A DNA stretch of 62,759 nucleotides, the filler included, from Circinaria calcarea (Eukaryota), in the NCBI GenBank assembly GCA_051942165.1. It is 30 parts of 30 records of this genome, joined end to end, with 100 filler letters (N's around TTAATTAATTAA, not from the genome) between each part and the next. Parts side by side here need not be neighbours in the genome. Positions count along the whole stretch, not along the records: positions 46,158 to 48,147 come from JAVECS010004005.1; positions 48,248 to 50,237 come from JAVECS010004006.1; positions 50,338 to 52,325 come from JAVECS010004007.1; positions 52,426 to 54,413 come from JAVECS010004008.1; positions 54,514 to 56,501 come from JAVECS010004009.1; positions 56,602 to 58,588 come from JAVECS010004010.1; 24 more parts are not named here. The stretch is one strand, 5' to 3'. Within the stretch, counting starts at the first letter, position 1, and every line of letters begins with the position of its first letter. Both the position numbers and the translations under genes were made by a program. The notes below the pieces were generated by a model, which had not been told where the DNA came from, did no database searches, and saw only the letters and a program-made list of their open reading frames with translations. Shown in pieces: positions 46,158-58,688 of this stretch.

Positions 46158-47239
46158 GTCTCAGAGTATGAGTTAACCGTACGATCTCGCTTTTAAAGGC
46201 AAACCATGCCTCCTTTTCTTTGCTGGCACGTTTGTTGGAAGCTGTAAGATCAGCATCGCTGTCTGCCGCTCCACCATCGTAACTCATAGTCTTCGAGTTA
46301 TCCAAGACTACCTCAGCTGACGGTACAACGGCATCGCCATCAACGTAGTCTGTATCTGAAGATACCACTGCAGACCCTTTTCTGAAGTTTCGATTGGACG
46401 AGCTTCTCCGAGAGAAATAAGATCCACGACGGTCTTTAGTAGGCGTTTTGAGGCTGTCACGGTTTATAACCATGTTCTCCGCCAGAATCTGCTCTAGTTC
46501 TTCCAGGGCGATTCCTGAATCCGAAAGTTCTGAAGAACGTGTTCTTTGGTGTCTCTTGCTTTCTATGTGTTCAACCTTGTGGTTTGTCAACGCAGATGAC
46601 TCCACTGGATGATGGTCAGGGTGGTGCGAGTTCGATCGCCTCTTTCGCGACCGCTTCTCCTTTTCCCCATGCAACCAGTCGAGTATCTGTGACATAAGCT
46701 TAGTGGAAGTTTCATCCGTTGCATGTTCACGGTGTTGGCGCTCATCCTGCTTTGCATCGCGGGTTTCTGGATTTGTCTTCTCGCGTAGGGTACCAGAACC
46801 AACGCTAGTCTGGCTTGCAATTGAAGATGACGATGCATTGTAAGATGGACGACCCGAGAGCCGCTTAGCTATGCTGGCCCGATGCTGTTTCTGACCCTGA
46901 AGCTGTAAGTTTATGTCGAGATCCTCGGCCAGGCTAACTGGTCGTGACGTTGGGGAGTTATTAGCAGGCTCGGCAATTCTAACAGCTAAACAATAAAATG
47001 AGTAAGCTGATGTACGAACAATTCAAGTATGTGTAGTCATTCCATGACAGCCTGTAGATAGGTTTACGGCGGAATTGGCACACGGGAATTAAGAAGCAAT
47101 AGCAATTTAATTTCGTTCGTCACGCTGCACCCTCAAATACAGCAGTGAGAAGAGATCCTGCTCGAGCGAAGAGAAGACAGCCAACTGAGCTTAAGAAAAG
47201 AAAAAACTAACCTTTGGCAGAAGATGAAGTAGTCTCCAT
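46158..47239 (-). CDS. Choline/ethanolamine kinase, N-terminal part, 3'-truncated
   Basis: Probable exon 1 47239-47212 and intron 47211-46986. VPSAEVVLDNSKTMSY...AWFAFKSEIVRLTHTLR matches the Choline_kin_N region. Confidence 0.85.
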
Positions 47240-48247
47240 TGTATAAAAACCCCACCGCCTATGGCCGCCGTATATCCAAGACTTCGAGAAACTCCTATTG
47301 AACCCGCAACCCTGATAAGACAGGTTCCGTAGGAAATTTGAGGCAAGTTACGGCGCAGTCTAGATGCGCCTAGAGTATGGAGCGCGGTAGATCCTGACAG
47401 GATACTCGCTTCGCCGTGGTCTAATGCCCGTTTGTACGGTGACTTGACTATGGTAAGTTTGAATACATGTACGCATTACTGTAAATAGTAACCACTATCC
47501 GAGGAATTGGATTCTTGACCATAAGGTAGTCACCCATCCGCGACGGTTATCGCTCTAGATGTGGCGGCGATGACTGTTTATCGCGGCTAACACTCTTTCC
47601 TCGCCTAAAGAGAAGCTGGCCAATGGTAGCCAGTTGATGTGTTATCAATTTACTGTACCTCTGTCACTCGAGATACTTCGAAGCAACGTGGCGCTGAATT
47701 TTCCCATTCGGTACTGGTTCCGGAACGCCCAGTGTAGCTTACGATGGGAACTGCAAATAGCATTATTCATGAAAGTAACATAATTATCTATATCGCTACT
47801 ACCGTATACTCAGCAGCCACCCCGTTTCTCTATTATCTTGATCACTGGAGGACAGGCCAGCGTAGAAGAGTCGAAGAGCTCCGAAACCTAACAGCAAACA
47901 GAAGTATCCGTAAACAAACTAAAAACTTAGAGAACTCTCTCTAGAGCATTACCACCAGTGCATGCCCACAAACCATTAGCAAACTGTCCCCGAGACTAAA
48001 GAGGGAACCGAAATGGCGGATGCCAAAACCTTTTGAGGGTCAGTAACTCAACCCAACGCCTAGGGAGAGCTCATCCTTTCCACCTCGGATGCATTGTGAA
48101 CCCTCTGAGCTCTAATCCCATATCTATCATCGAAACCATAATACCAGNNNNNNNNNNNNNNNNNNNNNNNNNNNNNNNNNNNNNNNNNNNNTTAATTAAT
48201 TAANNNNNNNNNNNNNNNNNNNNNNNNNNNNNNNNNNNNNNNNNNNN

Positions 48248-50237
48248 ACCCCCGGCACCCCCGTCACCCTTCCCAAGAGATTCCGCCTCGATGCCGTTTC
48301 CGCCCATTCCGGCAGGCAAGAGCGCAGCAATTTCCCCGAGAGCTGTGTTGATTCTATTTCTCCGGCCCTGTTCAGCAATTTTATGGGACGTGCGTTTAGA
48401 CGTTAGGTTGGTGGCGAGGTTGGACGGATAGGATACACCCGGCAGATGATTTCCTTCGAGGATGTTTTGGTAGTTGGACTTGGACGCGAGGAGGAGGGCT
48501 GTCGTTGAGGCCGATAATGGAGCTGTGATTGTAAATATGTTAGTCTCTCGATTGGGTAACCTGAAGGAAAAAAGCACCCCGACTGAAAGATGCGTAAAAA
48601 AGAGAGCGGAACATACTTCCTTCTGGGAGAAGAGGCTTTATGCTAGGTGAGATTCTGGGCCGAAGGGCAGGACTGGCTTGTGACGAACTGTTACGCTTTT
48701 TACTTCGAGCTGTAGGCCGTGCATCCGCGCGGTTGCTTGGTACACTGGCACTCGGTGAGGCCATAGCACCCAGCTGAGGCGATGGAAACACCGGACTGGT
48801 TGCTGACGGGGGTGCACTAGAAAGAGTGGCAGAACGAGTTTGTCCTCTGGCTGGAAAGGTCGGGGTGGCATCACCGTCATTACTATTGTTGATTCGAAGA
48901 TGTGAAAGAGTAGGCTTGGTCGATTTTACAGGTTCGGGGAGGACAATGTCTTCCATGATTTGCTCCATCTCCGCTTCGGCCAATGACGTCTGCTCCTTCA
49001 AATGCGACAGCTGATGGCTGCTGAATGATTTGTTAAAGGCTTGTTTCTGAATGTGCATCAAGGATGCAGGAGTTGCAGGCGCACTGCTCATTGCCGGTAG
49101 AGGAGCCGATTGAGAACCGGCCGGCTGACCCTTCAAGTACGGAGATCTACCTGCGGAGTCTGGTCGTGGTGTAGCTGGAGGCGGCATCAATACCTCTGGC
49201 AGGGGTTCGGGTGACACCGAGTCCGCACTCGAACTGACTTGGCTTTGAGATAATGTATTATTTGCTTCAAAATGCCCTGACATCTGACCGACTTGCTTCG
49301 ATTTCCGCGCATATTCGATGATTTCGGCGACCTCCTTCGGAGGAATGACAGTGCTAGAAGCTTGCTTTCTCCTAGATTGTGGCTTCATTGCAGGTGATTG
49401 CTTAACGGCCCGCGCGGGGTTTTTCGATGCGGCGGACGTTGTCTTCTTTCTCGGCTTGCGAAGTAGCGGCGTGTTCGATATAGCTGGGGGTGGGTTGAGG
49501 TCAATATTCATGTCGATTGGAGATGCAGTATCTGATGTATCTGAGCCTCGAAGCGTCCCCGGAAACGAGCGTTGGTATTGGTTCTGAGCTTCTAGGGCGG
49601 GCGAAGTAAGGGGGGTAAAGTATTCTCCCGGGGTGGTATACTCTCTCATGCGAACATGAGTCTCCAGAGGAGTGACTGCGGGAGAGAGCAAGGGTGTAAA
49701 GACCATCTGTATCAATATTAAAACAAACCATGGAAAGAGGGGAATGGCAGTCGGTACCTGGTCTTGTGGCTTTCGGCTATAATGATCAAAAACACCTTGC
49801 GCCTGTGGATCCATCTGCGTGTAGTATGGCAAGTGGCCGCCATGCAATTCAACACTGTTGGGAGTGAGCGGAACCGTCCCTCGAGCCTGGTAGCGTCCTT
49901 GAACATGGCTATGCTGTAGATATTGCTGTTGCCGCTGCACTTGCTGTCCATGGAATATGTGCGTCTGTGCATTTAGATCCATCACCGTCCCGGTTGAACC
50001 GTTTACGTTGTCCATTCTCCCCAACAGACTTCCTGGCCGCATCAGATTTGGATCAATGCGCTGGTGTATGTCCCCCTCGTCGAAAGCCATCATTCCGGCC
50101 TCACCTTCCATATTCGTGTCCGGCCCACCCAAATCCGTCTGCAACAAGTCGTCTCCATCCTGGAGGCTGGGATCGAAAGCGGGGAAGTCGAGTTGTAGAT
50201 CACTGAATTCGAGGAAGTTGGCGAATTCGTCTGCACC
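48248..50237 (-). CDS. nuc-1: Phosphate-acquisition bHLH transcription factor (NUC-1/PalcA/Pho4), internal fragment
   Basis: FTPLLSPAVTP, YFTPLTSPAL, SPALRPRISPSIKPL, LLASKSNYQNILEG and SKRTSHKIAEQGRRNRINTAL. Introns 49757-49707 and 48616-48523. Confidence 0.92.
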
Positions 50238-51827
50238 NNNNNNNNNNNNNNNNNNNNNNNNNNNNNNNNNNNNNNNNNNNNTTAATTAATTAANNNNNNN
50301 NNNNNNNNNNNNNNNNNNNNNNNNNNNNNNNNNNNNNAGCCCAAGGCATCCTAGGATAAAGACGGGAGCAGGAGGTGTGGCCTCGAACCTCACATGGATA
50401 CACCGCCCCCGGAGTCTACTATCCAACACCCTTGCAATGTTTCCGGCGTTAATACCAGCCCAATGCCCTTCTAACCTACTCTTTATATCATGTCCCTTTT
50501 CTTCTCCGAATATGCAAGGCCCACTCCGCTTTATTTTCATAGACGCATTGTACAGGAGCTAATACGCCCGAGGTTTTTGAATGGATCCTATATTGGGCTC
50601 CTTGCTCTTGTTGCCAATGAAAAATCTCGTCGTGAAGTGCGGGAGATTTCCGACACGTTTTGCCATGCTAGATAAGAATGGGTTGCCTTCCATATTATAG
50701 TCACGCTTTCATTATTGTTTAATGCGTTGTAGAAGCTCGCCAGCATTTCTGTCTGAAATCACTGGTTATCTGCGGCCTCAACCTTGTGATAGAGTTGCCA
50801 GATGCCTTCTTGAGGTGGTCATCGGCTTACTTCAGAGGTTCACGGATTCTTAGGGTTAGTGTCTTCATTTGGTCCACTGTCATCTCATAGATTTTCCGAT
50901 TTGAGGATGTTTTCCCTTTCGAGACAGGGTAGTTAGTGCCTATCCCTTAATGGAGAGACCGTACATTGATTAAAGTCAACTGTGACATTCTTATATTTGG
51001 TCCAAAGTCTTCCGAGATCTCCTAGTTTTTATCGTCTTACGATGAGGTTGTTGTGTTGGAAGACATAGGACTTACCAGGTCACGTGTTACATGGGTAATA
51101 CGAGATCTATGCTTAACATCTCCTACACTCACAATTAAAGCACTTTTTCGCTGCATAGTTAATTTAGACGGTTACATACCCAGATAGCAATATATGAATG
51201 GCACCACACATGCTGCTCAACATGTCGAACCTGATCCCAGATGGTATCTTCCACAGCTTATATACTAGCGTTGTCAGCAACTTCTTCTAACTAGTACTCT
51301 CAATAATATCCTCATCAACAGCAAGGGCACCAACATTGTCATCATCCCAGACATCTTGAAGCGCCGAATATCTTTGCCATACTCATTCAAATGCTCTTCC
51401 CACATCGCTATCAGCAGTTCCGGACTCAGCACTACCCGCTTGAGTTCCTCTATTCTTGACAGTTCGAACGGGAATGTAGTCTCAAGGGTCCTGCGGATAG
51501 CCGAGGAGCTGAGACATTGATCTGCTGTTCTTTGTGAACATGATTGGCATAGGGGCCAGGTCACAGTCGAATATGCCACGGTCAACGAGGATTCAGAGGC
51601 TTGCCAAGCTTGGGACAGCCGTGTGTCTTATGTGCTGAGAGAGTTGAAATCATGCTTACTGACTGGTTGGGTCGAGTTCCGGATACAATCTTCGCAACTC
51701 CTTGGTTTGTCTGGTGGACAAAGTACAAATCTTAACTTGGCCGTAGGATCATGGAGGCGATAGGTATCATAATGGATACTGAGTAACGCTGCCTCATGCT
51801 CAGCCAAGTCTAGATCTGCTTAACCTG

Positions 51828-52268
51828 TTAGCAATCGCTTTTATTAAAGAAAATGCCCGTAACCTTACCTCTTCCCACCAATTCTCTATTGCCAGCCGTC
51901 TCAAACGGCAGCTCCAGCTCTTCTCTTGTCCTGACCTCAACTATCCCGTCTTTAGCCCTTCCTACAGTTCCGACCTTCTTCCAAAGTGCAAAACCCTTTA
52001 GCTGTTTAAGGACACCATGTGAGACGAGTTTGCAGCCTCTCCTTAGGTCGCAAACAATCCGCTCGTTGCACCCAAACGAAAACTTTGCTCGATTTCCGCA
52101 ATGTCGGTCTGGCAGTAAATCCGGGCCCGTCAGCGTTACGTACTCAACTCCGCACCCATCCAGCTTTGCCATTTCCTTCAGCTTATCCTGAAACCTCTTC
52201 AACGCAGCGTCATCCTGCTTAAAGACCCATGCCCAAGGTGGAAGGTCTGGAAGTTCTCTCCATAGTCG
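51828..52268 (-). CDS. Hypothetical protein, probable last exon
   Basis: About 145 open codons after a CTGAA..CAG acceptor. No recognised motif. Confidence 0.4.
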   Translation of the reverse strand, partial: RLWRELPDLPPWAWVFKQDDAALKRFQDKLKEMAKLDGCGVEYVTLTGPDLLPDRHCGNRAKFSFGCNERIVCDLRRGCKLVSHGVLKQLKGFALWKKVGTVGRAKDGIVEVRTREELELPFETAGNRELVGRGKVTGIFFNKSDC

Positions 52269-52425
52269 CTGTCATTATTTCAGACTGAAGACTACCGCCT
52301 GGCTTTCGCCCTTGCACTTGTCGGCNNNNNNNNNNNNNNNNNNNNNNNNNNNNNNNNNNNNNNNNNNNNTTAATTAATTAANNNNNNNNNNNNNNNNNNN
52401 NNNNNNNNNNNNNNNNNNNNNNNNN

Positions 52426-52665
52426 GGTGGGAAGGGAGAGGAGGGAGGGAAGGGAGAGAGTGGTGAGGGTGTAGGAGAGGCCCTGGGAGTGGAGTTAGTA
52501 CGTGGTCGATGGTAGAGGGAGGTTGAAGGAGGCGATGGAGAAGATTGTAGTGAATGAGAAAGGGGGGGGCGTTTGAGTGGTCGGAGGAAGGAGCAGGCTT
52601 ACTGTTAGGAGGCCCAGTGATATGGTACCGATGAATTTGGGAATGAAGATTGCTGGACCGGACAT
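52426..52665 (-). CDS. atg33: Atg33-like mitochondrial outer-membrane protein, N-terminal fragment
   Basis: Exon 52665-52603, intron 52602-52483: MSGPAIFIPKFIGTISLGLLT|GLSYTLTTLSLPSLLSLPT. Not in the ORF track. Confidence 0.72.
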
Positions 52666-53221
52666 TTTTAGTGGTGAATGGTGTTGGCTGAAGAACGGCC
52701 GTGGAGAAGACAGGATTTGATTGATGATGGAGTCAAATTTGTTGTTTGGAGAGCGGAGCCAGCGGCCTGTCCAATCAGAGCTCGGCGGCTTATATACAGC
52801 CTCGAGTATCCCAATCCTCCGAGGTGCTTCAACTCGTGTATGACTGGGTATCCAGCCTTATGTGTGCCTCTAATGAACTTACTACTGTACTCTCTACTCC
52901 ATCCTTTTAAAGATGCGAGAAGCTGATTGTAGAGGCGGTCCTGTCAGAATCCTACCTCGGTCCAGTTTTGGCGGGACGACCACTTTCTCGGTCTTTGGCA
53001 GGGATACGGCCGTTACATATCTAATATTAGGCCTTGATCGAATATAAAGACAGCTTCCTCTATGCCCTTTACATTCGCTGATATATCTCATCATTTCAAA
53101 AGTTAATTCATCGCATCAAAGGAGACCTGTTTCAATTTGATTCTGCAAAGCTATTCCTGTGTACTAGTACCTGCTTCTAGCGCTTTTTACAAACTGTGCT
53201 GCATTCGACCTTCTTTCTGAG

Positions 53222-54391
53222 ATGCCTGTATCAAAGAAAGACTATGTCAGTGGTGTCTGGAAAGATGATATTTTCAGTGAGGATTTATCCAGTCCCACGT
53301 CACAGCGAGTGGCTGAATATATGTGACCAGATGAAAGGGTCGTTTTCTGCACTGGAGGCTCCGGCTCCATATGCAGTGCCCAGGTCCGAGCGCTTGTTCA
53401 CCTAGGAGCAAATGCATGTATTGTAGGCCGTAATGTGGAGAAGGTTGAACACATGGCCAAAGACATTGCTACAGCCAGATCAGGTGCCAAGGTCATTGGC
53501 TTAGGTGCTGTTGACGTTAGAAGCGTGGGGAGCCTGCAGAATGCGGTAGACAAATGTGTCAAGGAGCTAGGAGGACTGGATTTTGTCATGTATGAGTCTT
53601 CTTTATCTTGGTCTAGAACAATGACAGAGACCAACCTTTCACAGCGCCGGAGCAGCAGGCAACTTCCTCGCCTCGATCCAGCAACTTAGCACCAACGCCA
53701 TGAAATCAGTTATTGACATTGACGTCCTCGGTTCTTACAATACCCTCAAAGCGACCCTCCCGCATCTCATTTCCTCGGCCACAAAATTCAAGCAAGACGG
53801 CAAACCCGGTAATTTCCCCCCCATTCACTTAGCTACAACTCCCCTACTACACTCTAACCAAACCCCTAGGTGGCCGCATCATCTTCATCAGCGCCACAAT
53901 CCACTACACCAGTGTCCCCCTGCAAACACACGTCTCCGTCGCCAAAGCCGGTATCGACGCCCTCTCCGCCTCCTGCGCCATCGAACTCGGTCCCAGAGGC
54001 ATCACCTCCAACGTCATCGCCCCGGGACCCATTGAAGACACGGAAGGGATGTCGCGTCTCGCCCGAGTAGAAGATCGAGAAGCGGCCCGGAAGAAAATGC
54101 CACTGGGACGTGGGGGGAAAGTGCGGGACATTGCCGATGCGACGGTTTATTTATTTGCCGAGACGGGGGATTTTGTCAGCGGGCAGGTTCTAGTTGGTGA
54201 GTTTTTCTTTTCGCGGGATTCTTGTGTAGTGAAGTTGCTTTGATACGGAGGCTGATAAGTGCGATCTAGTTGATGGAGCGGCCTGGCGAACGAAAAGCGG
54301 GAATCCAGGCGCCGGGTTCGAGTATCCGGATTTCTTGCTTTCGGAAGAGGCTGTTTCGGGGGTGAAGGGCGGGAAGAAGGCGAAGTTATAG
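53222..54391 (+). CDS. sps19: Peroxisomal 2,4-dienoyl-CoA reductase (SDR), complete, 4 introns
   Basis: VVFCTGGSGSICSAQVRALVHLGANA, AGAAGNFLA, IDIDVLGSYNTLKA, SNVIAPGPI and a C-terminal PTS1 -AKL*. Introns 53277-53330, 53590-53644, 53809-53869 and 54197-54269. Confidence 0.94.
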
Positions 54392-54996
54392 GTTCCATGT
54401 TCCCCGCAGGCGTNNNNNNNNNNNNNNNNNNNNNNNNNNNNNNNNNNNNNNNNNNNNTTAATTAATTAANNNNNNNNNNNNNNNNNNNNNNNNNNNNNNN
54501 NNNNNNNNNNNNNGGGTAGGAGGGTGAGCATTATGGGAGGGGATGTTTAGGGTCTGGTTGACTGTGAGATGGGTCGGTGAGTCGAAGGTTATAGCTTTTC
54601 GGATCGCTGCGCCGTGTTTACAGGTGAGATGGGACGGTTTCAGGGGGTGTGGGCAATCAGCCCTGTATGACGTAGAGCAGCAAACGGCTTTGACGAGTTT
54701 ATCGGGCGACAACAGGATCACAAGGCTGACAAACAAAGCGAGTCTGTCGTGAGGGATTCAATGGAACATAGCCACGAAGAGCTTCACACACAAAGTGGAT
54801 AGTAAATCTTATAAAGTTGTATTTATTGAAGCGAAGTGTCATTTGACTCTCTCAGATCTATGCGTATATGTGGATAACAGAGCCCATGCAAATTATCCCC
54901 TGATTATTGTTCTCTCGCCGCTGAAGAAAACTTAAACACCTTAGTGATTTGAAGGGTTTTATACATTTATGCAATCTATGCTATATTAACATCTCC

Positions 54997-56293
54997 ATGG
55001 CTTCAAAACCTCAGCACTGTTCTATCTGCGGTGTTTGCTTCTGTGTTCCATCCGATAGCCTCTTACTGTCGTATCAAGATATATCTAGCCAGTATAAGCC
55101 GATAGTGGACGATGACGTGCTCTGGTTAGGCCATTTTCGCCTTCTCGGTAGGAATCTCAGCGCTCCTCGAAACCCTCCAGAAGCAGCCAAAGCAGACGAG
55201 TTTGCAAATCCACCGGAAAGATGTTTCCTCTCCGGTCCAGGTCGGTTTCGCCGTTTCAAAGTCGAGTTTCTCAGGGGCAGCATCATTGGTACATATTGGG
55301 GGCCAGAATGTCGTAGTGTCAAGGGGGAGGGAACGGCAGAGGTGCTGGCCATGTCTATTCGTGACTGGAATGACTTCCTTACTCTGGGACAACGCTGGGA
55401 AAGAATCTTGCTGGTGCATGAGGATTGCTATGGTACAATTCTTCCACGAGCAATGGATTACATCCAGAGGGAGAATCGTCATTGGAGGCATCGGCCGATG
55501 GAGTCACTGAAAAGGAGCTTAGATGACATGCATCCTAAGCTCGTTGTCTCTGGTAATATGGTTGAAAGGAATCGCTGTGGTCCCGATAAATTCCCCCCTT
55601 GGGAGTATGAGGGGCCAGCAGCTGGCCAGGGAAGCAGATACTGGATTCAAGCAAAAAGGGTACGGGTATATTTCCATAGGGAATCGACATGATCTAAATA
55701 CCGTTCAGGATTTCTTGTGCAGTCCAGCCTCCTCCGAGTGGACACTCGAGTACGTCATCCCTATCTTTTAAGGTACAACTACGGTATTGACACCAACCAG
55801 CTATGCCAGGCGATGGCCCCTGCGCAGCGATTTGGAGAGTTTGCAAATAGACTATATTGAAAGACACCAAGCATCGTACTATCGCCGTGACCTCCGTCGA
55901 ACTGTCATTGATCCATTCGCCCGACTTCCATTAGATGATATATTGGATATCGTCGACTTTTTATCGGCCCGAGAGGCATTTTTGCTGAGTATAGCATCTC
56001 CAACGGTATCTCAAAAGCTTGACAACTCAAACTTTTGGAAATGGCGCGTTGCCAAAGATATGCCGTGGATCTGGGACATATCACTGGAGGATGCATCCAG
56101 CCTTACGAATTGGCGAAGAGTCTATTTTGATTTGCAGAACATGTGTACTTACAATTCACATACCAGGGTGTTGGGTCTGGTGAATCGAAAACGGATCTGG
56201 AATCTATGTTTACCGATTGCAAAGGGCTATCTCGAGCAGACTTTGCAAAAGGCCAAAGTTACCAAAAGGGAGCACGAACCAATGACAATTTGA
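54997..56293 (+). pseudogene. F-box protein gene with an internal in-frame stop
   Basis: CSICG N-terminus; intron 55660-55708; in-frame TAA at 55769-55771; the same frame then continues to the F-box DPFARLPLDDILDIVDFL, DMPWIW and GLVNRKRIW. Confidence 0.65.
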
Positions 56294-56699
56294 GAAGACC
56301 TGTTCTAGCGTATCCACTTCCAACCGTCCGACTTTTAGTACAAGCAACACTTCAAGTAGCCTGTCCCAACGCCTGATAAGTTGAAGAGAAAGCAAACATC
56401 CCATGCAGCACAAGAGAAAAATATTCATTGCTCCCTAGCAAGTAGCTGTCCATCTCATGGCCCAAGTTATATGTTTGGAAACACCATGAGATCAAGACCA
56501 CNNNNNNNNNNNNNNNNNNNNNNNNNNNNNNNNNNNNNNNNNNNNTTAATTAATTAANNNNNNNNNNNNNNNNNNNNNNNNNNNNNNNNNNNNNNNNNNN
56601 NGGGGGAATGTGAGAGAAGATTCGATGAATTGTGATGTGCTGGGGGGGAACGGCGTTATGTGAGCTGGGAAATTGTGGGAATGAAATTCACGGTTCGAT

Positions 56700-57220
56700 G
56701 AGAAATGAATTGGCTTGGACGAAAACGAAAACGAAAACGAAAATGGAAAAAGAAAAGAAAAAAGCGAAAACGAAAAACGGAACGGGAATCATGATGTGGG
56801 CTCTGCTCTGCTATGCTATCTATTCGTTTCGTTTTCCGCTCAGCTAGATGGAACTGTGACTGTGCTAAGCTAAGCTAAGCCACCTTTCTTCCCATCTTTC
56901 TTCCCACCACGGTATCCACCATCCCACTCAAATTAAGAATGTGAGAATGTGAGAATGTGAGATATTAATAACGCAGATTCGAAATACCATCCCCTTTCCC
57001 TTTCCCTTTCCCTTTTCCCAATCCCAACCCCGCAAGTGATCTTAGGGAGAATCGGATCGGAATACAACAAAAACAGCCTTAGGCTTAGGCTTGGGCTTCG
57101 ACTTAGGCTGAAGCTTAAGCTTAGTTTTAAGCTTGAGGCATTCCATGAGTTATTATAGTTTGCCTTGCCCCAAACGGCAAAATCCAAAATCCAAAATTGA
57201 GAATAAAGAATGAGAATGAC
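56700..57220. repeat. Cluster of short tandem repeats
   Basis: (CGAAAA)n, (GCTAA)n, (GAATGTGA)x3, (CCCTTT)n, (CTTAGG)n-like and (AAAATCC)n. Confidence 0.75.
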
Positions 57221-57359
57221 GGAGAGATATATGATCAATAAATGAATAAATAAATAATACTCCATTTGCACACACACATGGGGTAAAAAGAATTAACTAG
57301 TTAATAAATCCTGCTCAAAGCATGATAATTAATAAAAAAAAAATATAAGTTAAATAAAG

Positions 57360-57726
57360 TATTATGGCGCTAGCACCATAGCATACGCTAAGGACTAAAC
57401 GGGGCAAGGTCTCGGGACGATAGGGGCCGAGCTCCGGGTTGCTCACGATGAGACTCTGTGTGACCCTGGGGAGCATAGGGAGCACGGGTGTTGCTTACAA
57501 CGGGCAGACTGGAAGCAACGGGAGCATAGGGAGCAACCATAGTATATAGACAGGCTATTCGGCGCTCATTAGAATAGCATGTTTATAGAACCATAACGAG
57601 TTCAATATATTCCTTGATGTATTGAGCCTAGGGCAACAGTTCAACTACACCCTATGTAACCGTGCTATTACCAATCGGGACCTATCATATTCCTCAATAG
57701 GCCCCAAGGATTGCAGCGCCCTTACA
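57360..57726 (+). mobile_element. LTR (367 bp), same family as 37196-37551
   Basis: The 3' ~107 bp differ from the other copy by only 4 transitions. Ends in CTTACA. Starts TATTATGGCGC versus TGTTATGGCGC in the other copy. No matching TSD. Confidence 0.85.
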
Positions 57727-57958
57727 GCATCAAAGACTTCAAGATGGATTTGGACTCGTTTTTTTTTTGTATATATATATATCTCAGTCTACTCTATGTT
57801 AATAATGAATCCCAGCACCCATCTTCAACCTCAATCATGAATTCAGCAAGGCCCGTCTAGCAACGACTCCATAGACTCCGGGTTTTGGATTCGTTACCTA
57901 AACAATGCTTTTCCTTCCACACAACAGACCGTTTCTAACCAGGGCATTTTGATTTTCC

Positions 57959-58588
57959 CTAAGCCTTCGGAGGCAGCGGCTCGATGTTCCAGATACTCTC
58001 CGCATACTCCTGGATACATCGATCACTGCTAAAGAAACCCATCCGGCTAACGCTGGTAATACACTTGGAGATCCATTCCTCCTGATTCTTGTAGGCCTCA
58101 TCAACAAGCTTATGAGTCGCGATATAACTGCTGAAGTCGTCGCTAACCAGGTAGTAGTCGCCATGATCAACAATCGAGTTAATCAGGGCCGAGAACTGGT
58201 CTTGGTCACCAAAGGTGCCGGAGCGGATGGAATCAAACACTTTTTGGAGGTCCGGGTCGAGAGCATACTGGTTATAGTTGTGGGCATGTCGAAGATCTTC
58301 GACGTCTTCGGCCAGGTTACCAAAGAGGAAGATGTTGGATTCGCCGATTTCGCGAGTGATCTCAATCTAAGATATATTAGTATCAGCAAGAGCAATGGAT
58401 GACATGTTTCAGCATACGTTGGCTCCATCGCAAGTTCCTATGATCAATCCTCCATTCAATACGAACTTCATGTTACTCGTACCGCTTGCTTCGGTACCTG
58501 CAGTGGAGATGTGTTCGCTGATATCAGAAGCAGGTGTGATAATTTCGGCCTTGCTAACATTGTAGTCTTCCACGAAGATGACTTTCAA
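57959..58588 (-). CDS. gph1: Glycogen phosphorylase, C-terminal part
   Basis: [36 protein letters not shown] (PLP-binding Lys; intron 58417-58367) and [17 protein letters not shown]. Confidence 0.96.
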
Positions 58589-58688
58589 NNNNNNNNNNNN
58601 NNNNNNNNNNNNNNNNNNNNNNNNNNNNNNNNTTAATTAATTAANNNNNNNNNNNNNNNNNNNNNNNNNNNNNNNNNNNNNNNNNNNN

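Noticed and set aside
50338..51800. Short ORFs in contig 25, and similar 60-120 aa ORFs in the non-coding parts of contigs 3, 4, 17, 18 and 28
   Set aside because: No motifs, no coherent exon chain, and often low-complexity translations of simple repeats.
3505..55771. Stop-codon reassignment suggested by two in-frame stops
   Set aside because: The two stops differ (TAG, TAA), and TAA, TAG and TGA all terminate other conserved genes normally in this window.
57078..57125. TTAGGC/TTAGG-like repeats as telomeric sequence (also ~36285-36310)
   Set aside because: Short, degenerate, not TTAGGG, internal to contigs and embedded among other simple repeats.
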